This document shows, piece after piece, positions 25,097-34,472 of a DNA stretch of 34,921 nt. Each line of letters begins with the position of its first letter. Position 1 is the first letter of the stretch. The notes below the pieces were generated by a model. It was not told the DNA's origin, made no database searches, and saw nothing but the letters and a program-made list of their open reading frames with translations. The position numbers and the translations under genes are program-made. The stretch lies in the IMG/VR virus record IMGVR_UViG_3300011435_000013, positions 1-34,921 of that record. The stretch is one strand, 5' to 3'. The stretch comes from a virus. Lineage: Duplodnaviria > Caudoviricetes.

Positions 25097-26479
25097 GTGG
25101 ACGCAGTGACAAGGAGCTTTGTCGCAACAAACCTACTTCGTTCGCATGGCGGCGGCGGCGGTGCATTCTCCCCGCTCGACCTCGCCGCGCTCACCGGCTG
25201 GTGGGATTTTTCCGACGCGCCGACCGTGTATGAGGATACCATCGCCACCAATCCTGCCGAAGCGGATGACGGCGTGGCCTATCTGGGTGACAAGTCGGGC
25301 GACGGGCGGCATTTGACGCAGGGCACGGCGGGCAGCCGACCGGCGTGGAAAGCGGCAATCCAGAACGGACTCAGTATCGGGCGCGGTGACGGTGGCGACA
25401 TCCTCACACGCGCCAGCGTGACGGGGAGTGCTCTGTTTGGCACGAACGTCGGCACGGTGGTGCTGGTGCTCAAGCATGGGCCAGGCACGGACAACTTCGC
25501 TTTCGCCTGGATGAACGACGCGAGTAACGCCGTCAACATATTCTGCACCTACAGCGACACGATTTACTTCGACTTCGGCCAGTATGACGCAGGCGGGCGC
25601 ATCACAGTGGCGCAGCCGGTGGGATGGGATAACAATTGGCACGTCGTCGTCTGTCACCGCAAATTGGGGGCGGGGCGCATCATTGTGGACGGCGTGATCC
25701 TGAGAGAGGCAGAGTTTACCGATACGCTCAACAATGCTATAGCTGGCACGCTACAATTGATGGGTTACGGCGGCGGGCCTAATTTTACTGGCGACATGGG
25801 CGAAGCGTTTGCGTTCAATGACGGTTTGCTCGTGACAGAAATCAACGACCTGTGCAACTATCTCGCGACCAAGTGGGCCGCAACGTGGCCCGACTTGCGT
25901 GGCCCGTGGACGGTGGTTTGCGAGGGTGACAGTTTGACGCTTGGTACCGGGGCCGTTGCCGCGTCATCCTATCCCGCGCAGTTGGCGACCCTGCTCGGCA
26001 CGTCTTACGGCGTGATAAATCTGGGTGTCGGCAGCGAAACGATAGACGATATGGCGACGCACGCGCAGCTAACGGACGGCATGGGGTGGTCGGCTGCGGG
26101 CAAGAACATCTGCGTTGCGTGGGCCGGAACGAATGATATTTACGGGGCAGAGTCGGGGGCCGACGCCTACGCAGACTATGTTGCTTATTGTGCGGCACGG
26201 CAGGCGGCGGGCTTTCTGGTGGTGGCGGTGACGATGCTACCGCGCTCAGGCGGCTCCCCTCCCGGCGACCTGGAGACACAGCGCGGCACGTTCAACACCT
26301 CCATTCGCAACAATTGGGCGACCTTTGCCAACGCTTTGGCGGACGTGGCGGGGAGCAGTCTTATTGGCGATGCGGGCGACGAGCTAAATGCGACCTACTA
26401 CGCAGACGCTACCCATCTCAACGCCACTGGCTACGGCGTCGTGGCGGGCATTGTGCAAACGGCAATAGGGACGCTGTGA
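25097..26479 (+). CDS. LamG-like domain plus SGNH/GDSL hydrolase
   Basis: W.DFSD...GDKSGDGRHLTQ....RP lectin-like N-terminus; blocks GDSLT, NLGVG, GTND, D.THLN..GY. Confidence 0.8.
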   Translation: MDAVTRSFVATNLLRSHGGGGGAFSPLDLAALTGWWDFSDAPTVYEDTIATNPAEADDGVAYLGDKSGDGRHLTQGTAGSRPAWKAAIQNGLSIGRGDGGDILTRASVTGSALFGTNVGTVVLVLKHGPGTDNFAFAWMNDASNAVNIFCTYSDTIYFDFGQYDAGGRITVAQPVGWDNNWHVVVCHRKLGAGRIIVDGVILREAEFTDTLNNAIAGTLQLMGYGGGPNFTGDMGEAFAFNDGLLVTEINDLCNYLATKWAATWPDLRGPWTVVCEGDSLTLGTGAVAASSYPAQLATLLGTSYGVINLGVGSETIDDMATHAQLTDGMGWSAAGKNICVAWAGTNDIYGAESGADAYADYVAYCAARQAAGFLVVAVTMLPRSGGSPPGDLETQRGTFNTSIRNNWATFANALADVAGSSLIGDAGDELNATYYADATHLNATGYGVVAGIVQTAIGTL

Positions 26480-27405
26480 TGCCTAGACCTTTCCCGCGCC
26501 GCTCGACGACGCTCGACAATCATATGCTCGCGCTTGAGCACGCCGAGACGCGTGCGGCTCGACAAGTCGCACTCGCTTACAACGACGCACGGCGGGAGAT
26601 CGTCGATTATCTGCTGCGTCGCTGGACGGGCGCGGCGACGCTCACGCCTGGCGCTTCGCTCGACCTCATGCGCCGCCTGGCTCTGCTGCGCGGCGTCGAG
26701 AAGCGACTCGCTGCGCTTGAGCGGCAGACGGGCGTCGTGCTGCGCGACGTGGTGCGCTCTTCGACTGAGCTTGCGCTCGAAACGATGGGCCGCGAGATGG
26801 CGCTCTTGCCGCCTGAGTTTCGAGCGCCGCTTGGCAATTTTGCAGCGCTCGAAGCGCCCATGATCGAGCGCTTCTTGCCGCAGGCCTTAGCTCAAGCGCA
26901 GGTCGCTTCGCGCAGCGTGCTCGTCACGATGACACGTCACTTACAAAGCGGTCTTGCGCAGGGGCTTTCGTTCCCCGATCTCGTCGCTCGACTGATGGGT
27001 GCGACTCCCGTCGGCGAGACGCCCGCCGTATGGCGCAACGGCGCGACGAGTGCGCAGCTCATGGTGCGCCGCACGGTCATCACCGCCGCGAATCAGGCAA
27101 AGCTCAACGTGCTCGACGCAGTCAACGCACGCGGCGCGACGCAGGTGCGCAAACAGTGGATGGCCGTAATCAACGAGCGCACCACCGACTGTTGTCTGCG
27201 CGCGCATGGGCAGATACAACGAGTCGGCGATCCGTTTATCTTGACGGGGACGCCGCAATTTGCGCCGACGGTGCAAGCGCCGCCCGCGCACTGGAATTGT
27301 CGCAGCAGTGTAGTCATGCATCATCCCCTTTTCGAGCAGGGGGCAATGACAACGGCTTCTATGCAGTCGAGCGCGCAGTCTGAACTATCGAAGCGCGCAG
27401 ACTAG
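26479..27405 (+). CDS. Head morphogenesis protein (MuF/SPP1 gp7-like)
   Basis: RKQWMAV..ERTT.CC...HGQ, PPAHWNCRS. Confidence 0.85.
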   Translation: MPRPFPRRSTTLDNHMLALEHAETRAARQVALAYNDARREIVDYLLRRWTGAATLTPGASLDLMRRLALLRGVEKRLAALERQTGVVLRDVVRSSTELALETMGREMALLPPEFRAPLGNFAALEAPMIERFLPQALAQAQVASRSVLVTMTRHLQSGLAQGLSFPDLVARLMGATPVGETPAVWRNGATSAQLMVRRTVITAANQAKLNVLDAVNARGATQVRKQWMAVINERTTDCCLRAHGQIQRVGDPFILTGTPQFAPTVQAPPAHWNCRSSVVMHHPLFEQGAMTTASMQSSAQSELSKRAD

Positions 27406-27457
27406 CATGAGCATATAGCACACGTCACGCGCACGGTAAGCGCGGGGAGCTTCTCAC

Positions 27458-28108
27458 ATGAGCGACGCACAACCTACCGGGACACCGCCGCAGCAGCCGA
27501 CGCCCTATAACGGCGCGCCAACGACTGCGACGCCTGCGCCGGGCGAGACTACGCCGACTCCACCTTCGGCGGCGACCCCTTCGACGCTTGAGCCGTTCCG
27601 CGCTTTCGCAACGCAAGCCGATCTCGACAAGTTCGTGAGCGGCTCGAAGCGTCAAGCGCAACGGGCCGCGCTGCGTGAGGCTGCGCAGCGCTTCGGATTC
27701 GAGGAGTGGTCAGACGTAGAAGACGCGTTACAGGCATTGCGCCCCACCGCTCCTACACCGGAGCCAGAGGCACAAAGAGCGCAGCAGTCGCAAAGCGATT
27801 CCAACGAAGCGACTCGGCTGCGACTCGCGCTCAAGGTGGGCGCGGCGAAAGGCTTACCGGCGACGCTCGTCATGCGCTTGCAGGGCAGCACGGAAGAGGA
27901 GATGACACTCGACGCCGACACGCTCCTCGGCCTCGTGCAGCAGCCTGCGACCGTAACACGACATGCGACGCCCGGCATCCCGCCGCCGCCGCAAGGGGGC
28001 CAGCCTGTGACCTTCACCCGTCAACAGTTGAGCGACCCGAAGTTCGTGCGTGAGCATCAGGACGAGATACGCCAGGCGTACGCACAGGGTCGCGTCGTGG
28101 GCAGCTAA
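27458..28108 (+). CDS. Capsid scaffolding protein
   Basis: Before the MCP; Pro-rich N-terminus, TQADLDK, GLP..L..RLQGSTEEE...DA. Confidence 0.75.
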   Translation: MSDAQPTGTPPQQPTPYNGAPTTATPAPGETTPTPPSAATPSTLEPFRAFATQADLDKFVSGSKRQAQRAALREAAQRFGFEEWSDVEDALQALRPTAPTPEPEAQRAQQSQSDSNEATRLRLALKVGAAKGLPATLVMRLQGSTEEEMTLDADTLLGLVQQPATVTRHATPGIPPPPQGGQPVTFTRQQLSDPKFVREHQDEIRQAYAQGRVVGS

Positions 28109-28129
28109 AACGCTGCCGGAAGGTGAACT

Positions 28130-29038
28130 ATGGCAAACGTAACTGTCACCGAAGCCGCTGCCTTTATCCCTGAGATTTGGGCGGCGACCGCATTGGGTCG
28201 GCTCAGAGCGCGCACGGTCATGGCGCAGCTCGTCAACCGCAACTTCGAGAACGAGGTCGCAAGGTTCGGCGATATCGTCAATGTGCCGGTGCGCGGCACG
28301 TTGACCGTCAACAACAAGGCGGCGAATACGGTCGTCACGCTGCAAACGCCGTCGGCGACGACACTGCCGCTCACGCTCAATAAGCACAAAGAGGTGAGCT
28401 TCATCATCGAGGACGTGGCGGCGGCGCAGAGCAACCAGGACATCATCCAGGGCTATATCGACGACGCCGTCGGCGCAATCGCCGAGCAGGTGGACACCGA
28501 CATTCTGGCGCTCTATGCGGGTTTCAGCACCACGCCGATCAACGCCACGACCGGCGGCGGCGGCATCGTCGCGGCCACGATCACGGAAGCGCGGCGACTG
28601 CTCAACGCGGCCAAAGCGCCGCAGGACAATCGCTACATCGTGTGGCACGAGGACGCAGAGGCGGCGCTGCTCAATAACGACAAGCTCACGAGCGCGGAGT
28701 TTGGCGACTCCGGCAGCGCAGTCTCAGAGGCGGTCATGGGCCGCAAGTACGGTTTCACGCACTTGATGAGCCAGCTTGTGCCGACGGCGACGTCCGAGAC
28801 AAAGAATCTCGCATTTCACCGCGACGCGATTATGATGGCGACCCGCCCGCTCCCGCCTCCCCCGCCCGACACCGGGGCCAGGGGCGTGACGATGAACGAG
28901 GGCGGCTTGTCGATTCGGGTGCTGTACGCCTACAACGCGTCGCACCTCGGCGTGCAAGTGACGCTCGACATTCTCTACGGCGTCGCCGAGCTGCGCGACA
29001 ATCATGCGATTGTGATTCGCGGCACCGAAGGCGCATAG
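28130..29038 (+). CDS. Major capsid protein (P22 coat-like family)
   Basis: FIPEIWA, VNRNFE.E...GD.VNVP, LAFHRDAI....RPL, LD.LYG. Confidence 0.9.
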   Translation: MANVTVTEAAAFIPEIWAATALGRLRARTVMAQLVNRNFENEVARFGDIVNVPVRGTLTVNNKAANTVVTLQTPSATTLPLTLNKHKEVSFIIEDVAAAQSNQDIIQGYIDDAVGAIAEQVDTDILALYAGFSTTPINATTGGGGIVAATITEARRLLNAAKAPQDNRYIVWHEDAEAALLNNDKLTSAEFGDSGSAVSEAVMGRKYGFTHLMSQLVPTATSETKNLAFHRDAIMMATRPLPPPPPDTGARGVTMNEGGLSIRVLYAYNASHLGVQVTLDILYGVAELRDNHAIVIRGTEGA

Positions 29039-29146
29039 CGGTTCCCACCTCAACGGGTGTTCCTCCTTTTACCTCGTCACACGGAGCGGGCGCTTCCCAG
29101 GGCGACCCGCTCCGGCGACGAGACTAGCACAGAAAGGTATCGACAA

Positions 29147-29461
29147 GTGGCAGAGCAACCCGCAGCAAAAGACCCCAGAGAAGCACGAGAGACGAGAGAA
29201 GCACGTGAGACAAGGGAAGACAAAGACAAGTGGATCGTCAACGAATTCGGCGTCGTGCATAGCATTCCCGCCGATATGGATCCGCCTGCAGGAAGCCGCC
29301 CGGCGACGCCCGCCGAAGTGCTCGACTTCAAGAAAGCCGACGCCGAAGTCGCAGCAGCGAACAAAGACGCCGCCGACAGCGCAGCCGCCGCGCCTGCGCC
29401 GACAGATGAGACGGCGAAGCGAGCGCCGCGCGTTCCCCGGCCTCCGGAGGGAGCCAAATAG
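29147..29461 (+). CDS. Hypothetical protein after the MCP
   Basis: RBS agaaagg before GTG 29147; low-complexity ends. Confidence 0.65.
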   Translation: MAEQPAAKDPREARETREARETREDKDKWIVNEFGVVHSIPADMDPPAGSRPATPAEVLDFKKADAEVAAANKDAADSAAAAPAPTDETAKRAPRVPRPPEGAK

Positions 29462-30268
29462 ATGACGCTCGTCACGCAGACACGCGTGCCGAATCTGCTC
29501 TCCGCCGCATCCTTCGACGGCGGCGTAGACAGCGACGAGTGGAGCGGCACAGGCGGCTCTTCGCTCACGCTCGGCTATCCGCGTCCCGGCGCAGCGCAGC
29601 TCGACGCCGCCGAGTCGCTCACGCAGCAAGTGGATCTCGCCGCAGACGTGCTCTATACGCTGCACCTCTTCTACCGGCTTGCGACGGGCGCGACGCTCAC
29701 CGTCACCGTCGGCGCAGTCGCGCAACCCTACGTGGGCGCGCCGCTCGACGCGTGGCGTGAGGCTGTGCTCGTCTTTGCGCCTGCGACTGCGCAGAGCAAT
29801 ATCACGTTTGCGAGCGCGGGCGGTGCGTGCTTCGTCGATACGGCGACGCTGCTCAGTGGCGGCTTGCCGATCTCACGTGCGCAGATTGCAGCGCAGCTCG
29901 CCGCGAGTCTTGCCGAGCTGGTCGCCGATGCGGGCCTTAGCTCGACGCCGTCGAGTATCGGACCCGAAGGCGATTACACTTACGCCATCGACGAAGCGCT
30001 CAGACAGATCGGGGCGGTCAACGTCTACGGCGACGCCGACGTGACGCAGCTCTTTGCGAGCGAAGTCAATGACGTTTTAGACGCCGCGCAAACGGCGTTG
30101 CTGCGTCGACTGCGCGCAAAGTATGCGCTCGAAACGGACGTCACGCTTGGGCCGCGCAGCGAGAGCAGGTCGCAGATCGCGGGCAGTATCGACGAGATGT
30201 TGAGCGGGGGCGGCTCTTCGATGACGATTCAGTTTGGAAAGCTCACGCACAAAGATTGGTTGCGTTGA
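29462..30268 (+). CDS. Putative head-tail adaptor with N-terminal CBM-like jelly-roll
   Basis: Position; NLL..ASFDG...W..T...FVD beta domain followed by a helical domain ending DVTLGPRSESRSQ. Confidence 0.55.
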   Translation: MTLVTQTRVPNLLSAASFDGGVDSDEWSGTGGSSLTLGYPRPGAAQLDAAESLTQQVDLAADVLYTLHLFYRLATGATLTVTVGAVAQPYVGAPLDAWREAVLVFAPATAQSNITFASAGGACFVDTATLLSGGLPISRAQIAAQLAASLAELVADAGLSSTPSSIGPEGDYTYAIDEALRQIGAVNVYGDADVTQLFASEVNDVLDAAQTALLRRLRAKYALETDVTLGPRSESRSQIAGSIDEMLSGGGSSMTIQFGKLTHKDWLR

Positions 30269-30269
30269 C

Positions 30270-30620
30270 GTGAGCGCGCTTGAGTTCTGCACTGTCGAAG
30301 CATCGACGAAGCGGGCGCAAGTGCTCGGCGGCGGCGTGCGCGGCGCGCTCGTGACGCACGTCGCTTCCGTGCAGATTACCCCGCTCTGGCCGCTCACGCA
30401 GGAGACGACGCAGATCGTCGGCATCAACTCGCCACGCGAGTATAAAGTTTGCTACCACGTTCCCATCGACGACGCAGCGCTCCCGGATATTCGGGAAGGC
30501 GACCGGCTCGTCGTCGCAAGCGTCGAGTATCCAGTGCATCACGTCTCAGAGTGGGCAGATATAGAGAACGGCGAGACGAGCTGCCTTGAGTTGATCGTGC
30601 AGCAGGTGAAAGGCACATAA
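30270..30620 (+). CDS. Putative head closure protein
   Basis: Position; DIREGDRLV....Y.V..V. Confidence 0.6.
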   Translation: MSALEFCTVEASTKRAQVLGGGVRGALVTHVASVQITPLWPLTQETTQIVGINSPREYKVCYHVPIDDAALPDIREGDRLVVASVEYPVHHVSEWADIENGETSCLELIVQQVKGT

Positions 30621-31006
30621 TGCCGAATTCGCTCTTCGAGGCGGGCTTCGTCGATAGAGCCGCCGTGACCGATCTCGTCGCTCTGCAAGACGAGCTGCGT
30701 CGCATCCAATACGAGGTCACCCCCGGCGATGGACTCGACGACACGATGGATTTGGCGCTCGGCATGACGCACAGATACGCGGCGGGCATCGTGCACGTCG
30801 ATACGGGGCGGCTCAAGAATAGCCTCTTTACTGAGAAGCACGGCCAGGGCGACAATCTCGTCGGCCACGTTGCGACCAACGTCGCATACAGTCTCTTCGA
30901 GGAGCGGCGCGGCGGCGCGCACGGCTATTTTCGGCGCACGGTCGTCGAAGAGGGGCCGCGTGTGACAAGTCTCTTTCATCAGCGCGTGACGGGCGGGCAG
31001 CAATGA
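30620..31006 (+). CDS. HK97 gp10-like tail completion protein
   Basis: VDTGRLKNS...V.TNVAY....E. Confidence 0.75.
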   Translation: MPNSLFEAGFVDRAAVTDLVALQDELRRIQYEVTPGDGLDDTMDLALGMTHRYAAGIVHVDTGRLKNSLFTEKHGQGDNLVGHVATNVAYSLFEERRGGAHGYFRRTVVEEGPRVTSLFHQRVTGGQQ

Positions 31007-31419
31007 GCACAGTGCTCACGAGTCGCAAAGAGACGCGCTTCGCACTCGCAGCGCTGCTCGACGAGATTGCGACCTTTCGCGCCGTCTACGACCACCAAAC
31101 CAAAGACTTTCAGGCAGGCACGCCCGTCGGCATGATTCACAGCGACGGCACGCTCACGCGCTTTCCCGGCTACGCCGACGAGCATCACGGTTATATCGTG
31201 ACGCTGCTCTGGCAGCGTGACGACGCCGGTGCGTCGGAAGATGGACTCGACGACCTATCGCAGGACGTGCGTCAAAAGATGCTCGACAACGTCGTCAATG
31301 CGCTCTGGAATGATATCCGCTTCGACGAAGTGCGCTCACAAATGGGCTACGTCGAGATCGAGAATACGCAGTATAGGATCGAAGAGTTTCGCATTTTGGT
31401 GCACGTGATAGGAGAGTAG
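31003..31419 (+). CDS. Putative tail terminator
   Basis: 138 aa directly before the tail tube gene. Confidence 0.55.
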   Translation: MSTVLTSRKETRFALAALLDEIATFRAVYDHQTKDFQAGTPVGMIHSDGTLTRFPGYADEHHGYIVTLLWQRDDAGASEDGLDDLSQDVRQKMLDNVVNALWNDIRFDEVRSQMGYVEIENTQYRIEEFRILVHVIGE

Positions 31420-31422
31420 AGC

Positions 31423-32442
31423 ATGAGCACGACGACGAAGTTTCTATCTGCGTATCTCGGTAAGCAAACCGTCTTCGGCACGCCCGTCGCGGCGTCGATG
31501 AAAGTGCCGCTCGTCGGAGACTATGAGGACGCACAAGAAGAGCACAGCGCCGAGTGGGATACGGGCTATTGGACGCCGCGCACGATTGTCGCACAAGTCG
31601 CGCAGCACGCACGTTTCACGCTCAACGGCACGGGGTTTTTCGAGATGCTCCCGGTGCTCTTCAATGCGGGCCACGACCATATCACGCCGACGGGCGTCGG
31701 CCCATACGCTTACGACGACGCAGTAAATCCGAGCGCCGTCGGCGTGCCAAGAGCGTATACGGCTTTCTTTGGCGGGAACGAAAATCTAGGCGCAACCGGG
31801 CCGATGATTCGAGTGCGCGACTGCCATCTCGAAGCGTTCTCGCTGGCGGGCAACATCAATACGAAAGAGATTGCGCTCACGTCGCAATGGTACGGCGCGT
31901 CGATAGACGACAACGCAGGGGCGGGCTTCGCACGTCCGACGAGCACACTACCGGCACAAGTCGGTATGATGCGCACGTTGCTCTCGACGCTTGAGCTAGA
32001 AGACGCGACGGTGGCGGGCGGCGCTTTCACGACGATGACTGCGACCGACAAGGCGCTGCTCGATTGGCAATTCGACTGCGACTTCGGACTTCGCCCGCTC
32101 TGGGCGGCAGACGAGAATCAGCTCTTCTATTCGGGCGTGCGTCATCAAGCGCCCGTCGCAGCGCTGCAAGTGACGATGCGCACGAATCAGGCGACCTATG
32201 CGGTCGTGCGCCGCAAAGCCGAGTTGCGCACCTATCAGGAGTTACAACTCACGCTCAACGGCGGCGACGCAGAGCAGCTCGTGCTCAAGCTAACGGGGCG
32301 CTTCTTGCCGACGGTCATCGCGCACGCACGCAGCAATGACGAGGTTGTGATGGCGGCGACGTTTCAAGTCGAGACGCCCTACACGCAGGTGACGACGCCG
32401 CATTGGATGAGCTGGTCGCTCGACACCAACGTTTCGCTATAA
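31423..32442 (+). CDS. Major tail tube protein
   Basis: YLGKQTVFGTPVAA N-terminus; 339 aa; precedes chaperone and TMP. Confidence 0.75.
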   Translation: MSTTTKFLSAYLGKQTVFGTPVAASMKVPLVGDYEDAQEEHSAEWDTGYWTPRTIVAQVAQHARFTLNGTGFFEMLPVLFNAGHDHITPTGVGPYAYDDAVNPSAVGVPRAYTAFFGGNENLGATGPMIRVRDCHLEAFSLAGNINTKEIALTSQWYGASIDDNAGAGFARPTSTLPAQVGMMRTLLSTLELEDATVAGGAFTTMTATDKALLDWQFDCDFGLRPLWAADENQLFYSGVRHQAPVAALQVTMRTNQATYAVVRRKAELRTYQELQLTLNGGDAEQLVLKLTGRFLPTVIAHARSNDEVVMAATFQVETPYTQVTTPHWMSWSLDTNVSL

Positions 32443-32450
32443 GGAGACTC

Positions 32451-32798
32451 ATGCAAGAGACAAGTCGAGTAACCTGCCCGTTGCCGGGACTCGAAGCGGT
32501 GGTCGTCGTCTATAACATGATGGCGAGCGAAGAGCAATTCGAGTCTTGGGCGACTTCGATGGGCGTGCAGAATGCCGACGCCGTGATCGACTCAGTCGAG
32601 AATTGGCCCGCCGACAAGGGCGAGCCGTTCAGTCGGCACGCTCCGTTTGCGTTTCGACTCTGGGCGTGCAAGAGCGGGCTTGAGCTGGCGATGCAAGGTT
32701 TTTTAGCCTCGTTCCAGACCTCGACGCCGTCGATGCTTTCCACAGTGCCTACAAACGGGGGCGGCTCGTCGCGCCGCCGCAAGAGTATGCCGACTTGA
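32451..32798 (+). CDS. Tail assembly chaperone (gpG-like)
   Basis: RBS aaggag; between tail tube and TMP; contains a slippery site. Confidence 0.75.
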   Translation: MQETSRVTCPLPGLEAVVVVYNMMASEEQFESWATSMGVQNADAVIDSVENWPADKGEPFSRHAPFAFRLWACKSGLELAMQGFLASFQTSTPSMLSTVPTNGGGSSRRRKSMPT

Positions 32799-32959
32799 TT
32801 CTCGTGCCTGCGCTGCTGCACATCGACCCGCTCGTCTTCGCAGCCTACCCGCCGATGATGCAGACCAAAGTGCGCTTGCTGCTCATGCGCTTTCTGGGTG
32901 CGGGTCAACTGAGCGTCTTCTCAGTTCAATCGTCGAAGCAAGGCTCGTCAAATGCCTAA
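32699..32959 (+). CDS. -1 frameshift extension of the chaperone (gpGT-like)
   Basis: In-frame slippery heptamer T TTT TTA 32699-32705; the -1 frame (FSLVPDLDAVDAF...QGSSNA*) is open to TAA 32957-32959. Confidence 0.75.
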   Translation, partial: FFSLVPDLDAVDAFHSAYKRGRLVAPPQEYADLILVPALLHIDPLVFAAYPPMMQTKVRLLLMRFLGAGQLSVFSVQSSKQGSSNA

Positions 32960-34472
32960 CTATGTAATCGACATAGCGATCAACGCCAGCGACAAAGCGA
33001 GTGCACCGGCGGCACGCGCAGAGTCGAGCTTTAAGAGTCTCGCTGCGACCGTCGGCAAGACGTTGGCCGTCGGCTTTGCAGCGGCGGGCGCGGCGGCGCT
33101 CGCGTTCGGCGTCAAAGCTGTGCAGATGGCGTCGGACGCCGAAGAGACAAAGTCGAAGTTTAACACCGTCTTCAAGGACATGGCGGGCGAAGTCGGCGCC
33201 TGGAGCGACTCAGTCTCGAATTCGATGGGCCTCACCAAAGCCGAAGCGAAAGGGATGCTTGCTTCGGTGCAAGACTTGCTCGTGCCGTTCGGCATGGCAC
33301 GCGACCAGGCGGCTGATATGAGCCAGCAAGTCTTGACGCTGGCGGGCGATATGGCGTCCTTTAACAATCTCAACACCGCCGACGTAGTCTCGGACATAAA
33401 CAGCGCTCTTGTCGGCGAAACGGAGGGCATGAAAAAGTACGGCGTCATTCTCAACGCCGCCGCGATTGAAGCGAAGGCGCTTGAGCTGGGCTTGATGGAC
33501 GTGGGCGGCGAGCTGTCGAATACGGCGAAAGCGTCGGCGACGATGGCGCTCATTATGCAGAGCACGAGCGACGCGCAGGGCGATCTCGGACGCACGCAAG
33601 ACTCATTCGCGAATCAGATGAAGTCTGCGCAGGCGAGCGTCAAAGACTTTACGACCGAGATGGGCGCTGTGCTGCTGCCGATGCTCACGCCGGTCTTGGG
33701 TGCGCTCTCCGATCTGGCGAAGGTCGCACTGCCCGCACTCGTCGACGCGTTCGCCAGCGCGATGGAGACGATTAAAAAGGGATGGGCCGAAGATTGGGCG
33801 GGCATCCATTCGACGTTTGCGACGTTCGCCGACGATATGCAGACGGAGGGCGATGAGTTTTGGAAAGAGTGGAATCTGCTCTTCGAGCACGAGCAGTCGG
33901 AGAATGAAGCGGATTGGGAGGGGTGGACGCGCACGGTCTTCGAGTCGGTCGTCGGTGGGATGCGGCTCATTCTAAACAGTGTGACTGAGCAGCTTCGAGC
34001 GCTGCGCGGCCTCAAACAATACTGGATGAGCGCCATCAAAGGCGATTGGGAAGGCGCATGGGAAGGGATGGTCGCGTTTGCCGAAGGCACAGTGAATACC
34101 TTTCTCAACTTTATACAGTTCAACTTTGGCGCCGATCTGCGCAACTCGATGGCGGCTGCGCTGAACCAAATCTGGGATGCGCTCACGCCGTGGGCGAGCG
34201 ACTTGACGACGTGGTGGAATAGTCTTTGGTCGAGCCTGGGACTTGGCGGCGGGGCGCAAGTGCCGACGCCGCCGTCGACGACCAACCCGCTTCCGCAGAC
34301 TCCTTTCGACCCGCTTCCCAATGGCCCGCCCGCGTACCCGCCCGGACTCGGCGGCGGGCAGCAGGGTATGAATATCCAGCAAAACTTTTACGGGATGGAA
34401 AGCACAGGGAGCATCAAGCGCGCCGCAGAGATCGGCGTCTTGAGCGGGGCGCGGGCGGCGGGTATCGCATGA
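32952..34472 (+). CDS. Tape measure protein (506 aa)
   Basis: I.INA.DKAS start; LAGDMASFNN...ALVGETEGMKKYG; Trp-periodic helical C-terminal half. Confidence 0.88.
   Translation: MPNYVIDIAINASDKASAPAARAESSFKSLAATVGKTLAVGFAAAGAAALAFGVKAVQMASDAEETKSKFNTVFKDMAGEVGAWSDSVSNSMGLTKAEAKGMLASVQDLLVPFGMARDQAADMSQQVLTLAGDMASFNNLNTADVVSDINSALVGETEGMKKYGVILNAAAIEAKALELGLMDVGGELSNTAKASATMALIMQSTSDAQGDLGRTQDSFANQMKSAQASVKDFTTEMGAVLLPMLTPVLGALSDLAKVALPALVDAFASAMETIKKGWAEDWAGIHSTFATFADDMQTEGDEFWKEWNLLFEHEQSENEADWEGWTRTVFESVVGGMRLILNSVTEQLRALRGLKQYWMSAIKGDWEGAWEGMVAFAEGTVNTFLNFIQFNFGADLRNSMAAALNQIWDALTPWASDLTTWWNSLWSSLGLGGGAQVPTPPSTTNPLPQTPFDPLPNGPPAYPPGLGGGQQGMNIQQNFYGMESTGSIKRAAEIGVLSGARAAGIA

Noticed and set aside
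28130-29038. Major capsid gene as a second foreign segment
   Set aside because: TCGA is lower (5 by hand count in 909 bp) but not absent; expression-linked codon bias could explain it.
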